A DNA stretch of 64,000 nucleotides, from positions 74,576,302 to 74,640,301 of the forward strand of contig NC_088300.1 of NCBI RefSeq assembly GCF_032854445.1, read 5' to 3'. Shown here piece after piece: positions 62,551 through 64,000 of this stretch. Position numbers and translations under genes: made by a program. Positions within the stretch are counted from its first letter, which is position 1; each line of letters opens with the position of its first letter. The notes beneath the pieces are model-generated. The model saw only the letters and a list, made by a program, of their open reading frames with translations, had not been told where the DNA came from and ran no database searches. The DNA is from Liolophura sinensis (taxonomy: Eukaryota).

Positions 62551-64000
62551 GTATTGATCACGATGATGTCATCTTGGTTTATTTGACAAAATCCTTATAT
62601 TATTTCTAATTTTGTAACCGACGGTTAGACGTTTATAATTTCTATAAGCTTTCAGGTGAGGGAAGATAGGTGTAGTTAACTCACGGCTTTTCCTCTGAGA
62701 GAAATGCAGGAGTCGGCATGAGGCTTTTAATACACCCAGTACCACGTGGTATGCGGCAGAATGGTTTGTTTGTAAACAAGCAGTGCATTGTGAAAGTGAA
62801 GAATTCACACCTTTGTTTTCATTTATAAACTAACATCCGTGTCTGGAGAACTTTGTTGTTTTCTGCACTGTCTGCATTTGGTATATGACAAAGGAAACAT
62901 GTGGGTCTGCTAGCAGGGAAACAAAACCAAACTGTTAATTATAATATTATTATTGTGACCTAGTAATGCATCCACTGATTCAGTGTTATCCAGATTCCCC
63001 TGTGTAAACATTTTTCACATTCTGTATACATTGCCCTGGCCCATTTGTTAGTAAAATATTGTGATTTTTTTTTAAATTTTAGTTTGAAGGGTTGACATTA
63101 CTGATTTTGAAGAAAAAAAAAGAAAAAGAACGAGTGTATATGTTCCCATGTTTTCAGTTGATATTGAATTATGATTAGTATTTATGGTAGTATGTTAAAG
63201 TGATATTTACATGTTAATTGGACATGGATGATCCTTTGGAATGAATCTAGTCACCCTTAACTCACTCACATGGAACGTGGGTTGAGGAGCTAGGGGACAA
63301 ATAAGATGGAGAACCTTCATATGATTGTGCCCGCAATGTAATTGCATAAATTCCTGATCTAGCAGGCTATCTTCCTCATTTTTAATATCAGAAACCTCTC
63401 AGATTTTTCAGATAATAATCTCACCAGATGAAAATCTTACAAAAGCTTGGGACAAAAGCAGGCTTTGTTCCTCTAGAAAGCAGCTGTTTTCCATGGGTAG
63501 ATCCCTGGAACCTCCCTTAACTTAATACTAAGCAACCTCCATCTTACGACCCCCCCACCCCCACCGCCACCCCCTTGTGACATCAGCATGTCTCATTGGG
63601 AAGCTCTTCAGAATAAGCTAACTGTAGTAAGAAATTCTGATAAATAAAATACTCAAGTACATTTCACAGTGCAATAATTAATGATTTTTGCACAGTTCAT
63701 TGCTTATAGATTATACATTAGGAATAATTATATTCATGGCCAAATTTACACAAACGCGTGCTTGTTACTGTAACCGGATATACATACATGTACATGTCAA
63801 TTTTTACCTAGCTATGGAGATGAAAGGGTTAATGCATGTAGTTGGTGAACATTAAATTGTATTGAAAGTGTGAGGAGACATTTTTCTGTTTCTTGACTTC
63901 AGATTCTTTAGAAAGCTCAGCATCTAATGCATTTTACCTTTTGTCATCCTATGTAAAGAATCTCGAAACAGCATGTTATAATGTACTTTGGCTTAGACTG

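Noticed and set aside
1-64000. The expectation of a prokaryotic-style novel system such as a defence island, CRISPR array or operon
   Set aside because: The sequence is clearly eukaryotic, with spliced multi-exon genes, SINEs and minisatellites. No CRISPR-like repeat-spacer structure or operonic ORF packing is present.

Overview
This window is metazoan nuclear DNA, probably from a marine invertebrate, and it is not prokaryotic. The evidence is canonical GT-AG introns, many tRNA-derived SINE copies, (AT)n microsatellites, and about a dozen minisatellite arrays. Two conserved genes lie tail-to-tail. (1) The last six coding exons of PUF60 (poly-U-binding splicing factor 60) are on the + strand at 88-2952, ending in a TAG stop. 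(2) A complete ortholog of TEP1 (telomerase-associated protein 1, the vault TROVE-NACHT-WD40 protein) is on the - strand. Its ATG is at 54129 and its TGA stop at 9889-9887. I resolved 55 coding exons, which equals the exon count I recall for human TEP1. The TEP1 introns carry ten large minisatellite arrays and many SINE copies. The reading frame is continuous across every TEP1 exon junction except one, e16 to e17. A second junction, e43 to e44, is ambiguous. Beyond the TEP1 5' end there is a CRE+TATA promoter-like site on the + strand at 55843-55866 and a candidate CCAAT box at 62023-62035, about 210 bp upstream of an ATG-initiated coding exon at 62244-62550 of an unidentified gene. Most exon boundaries were anchored to the supplied ORF-track coordinates; those not so anchored may be off by 1-2 nt. 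The ORF track uses alternative start codons shown as M, and many of its ORFs are translations of tandem repeats. I found no novel defence-type system here. The notable content is the TEP1 gene structure and its repeat-laden introns.
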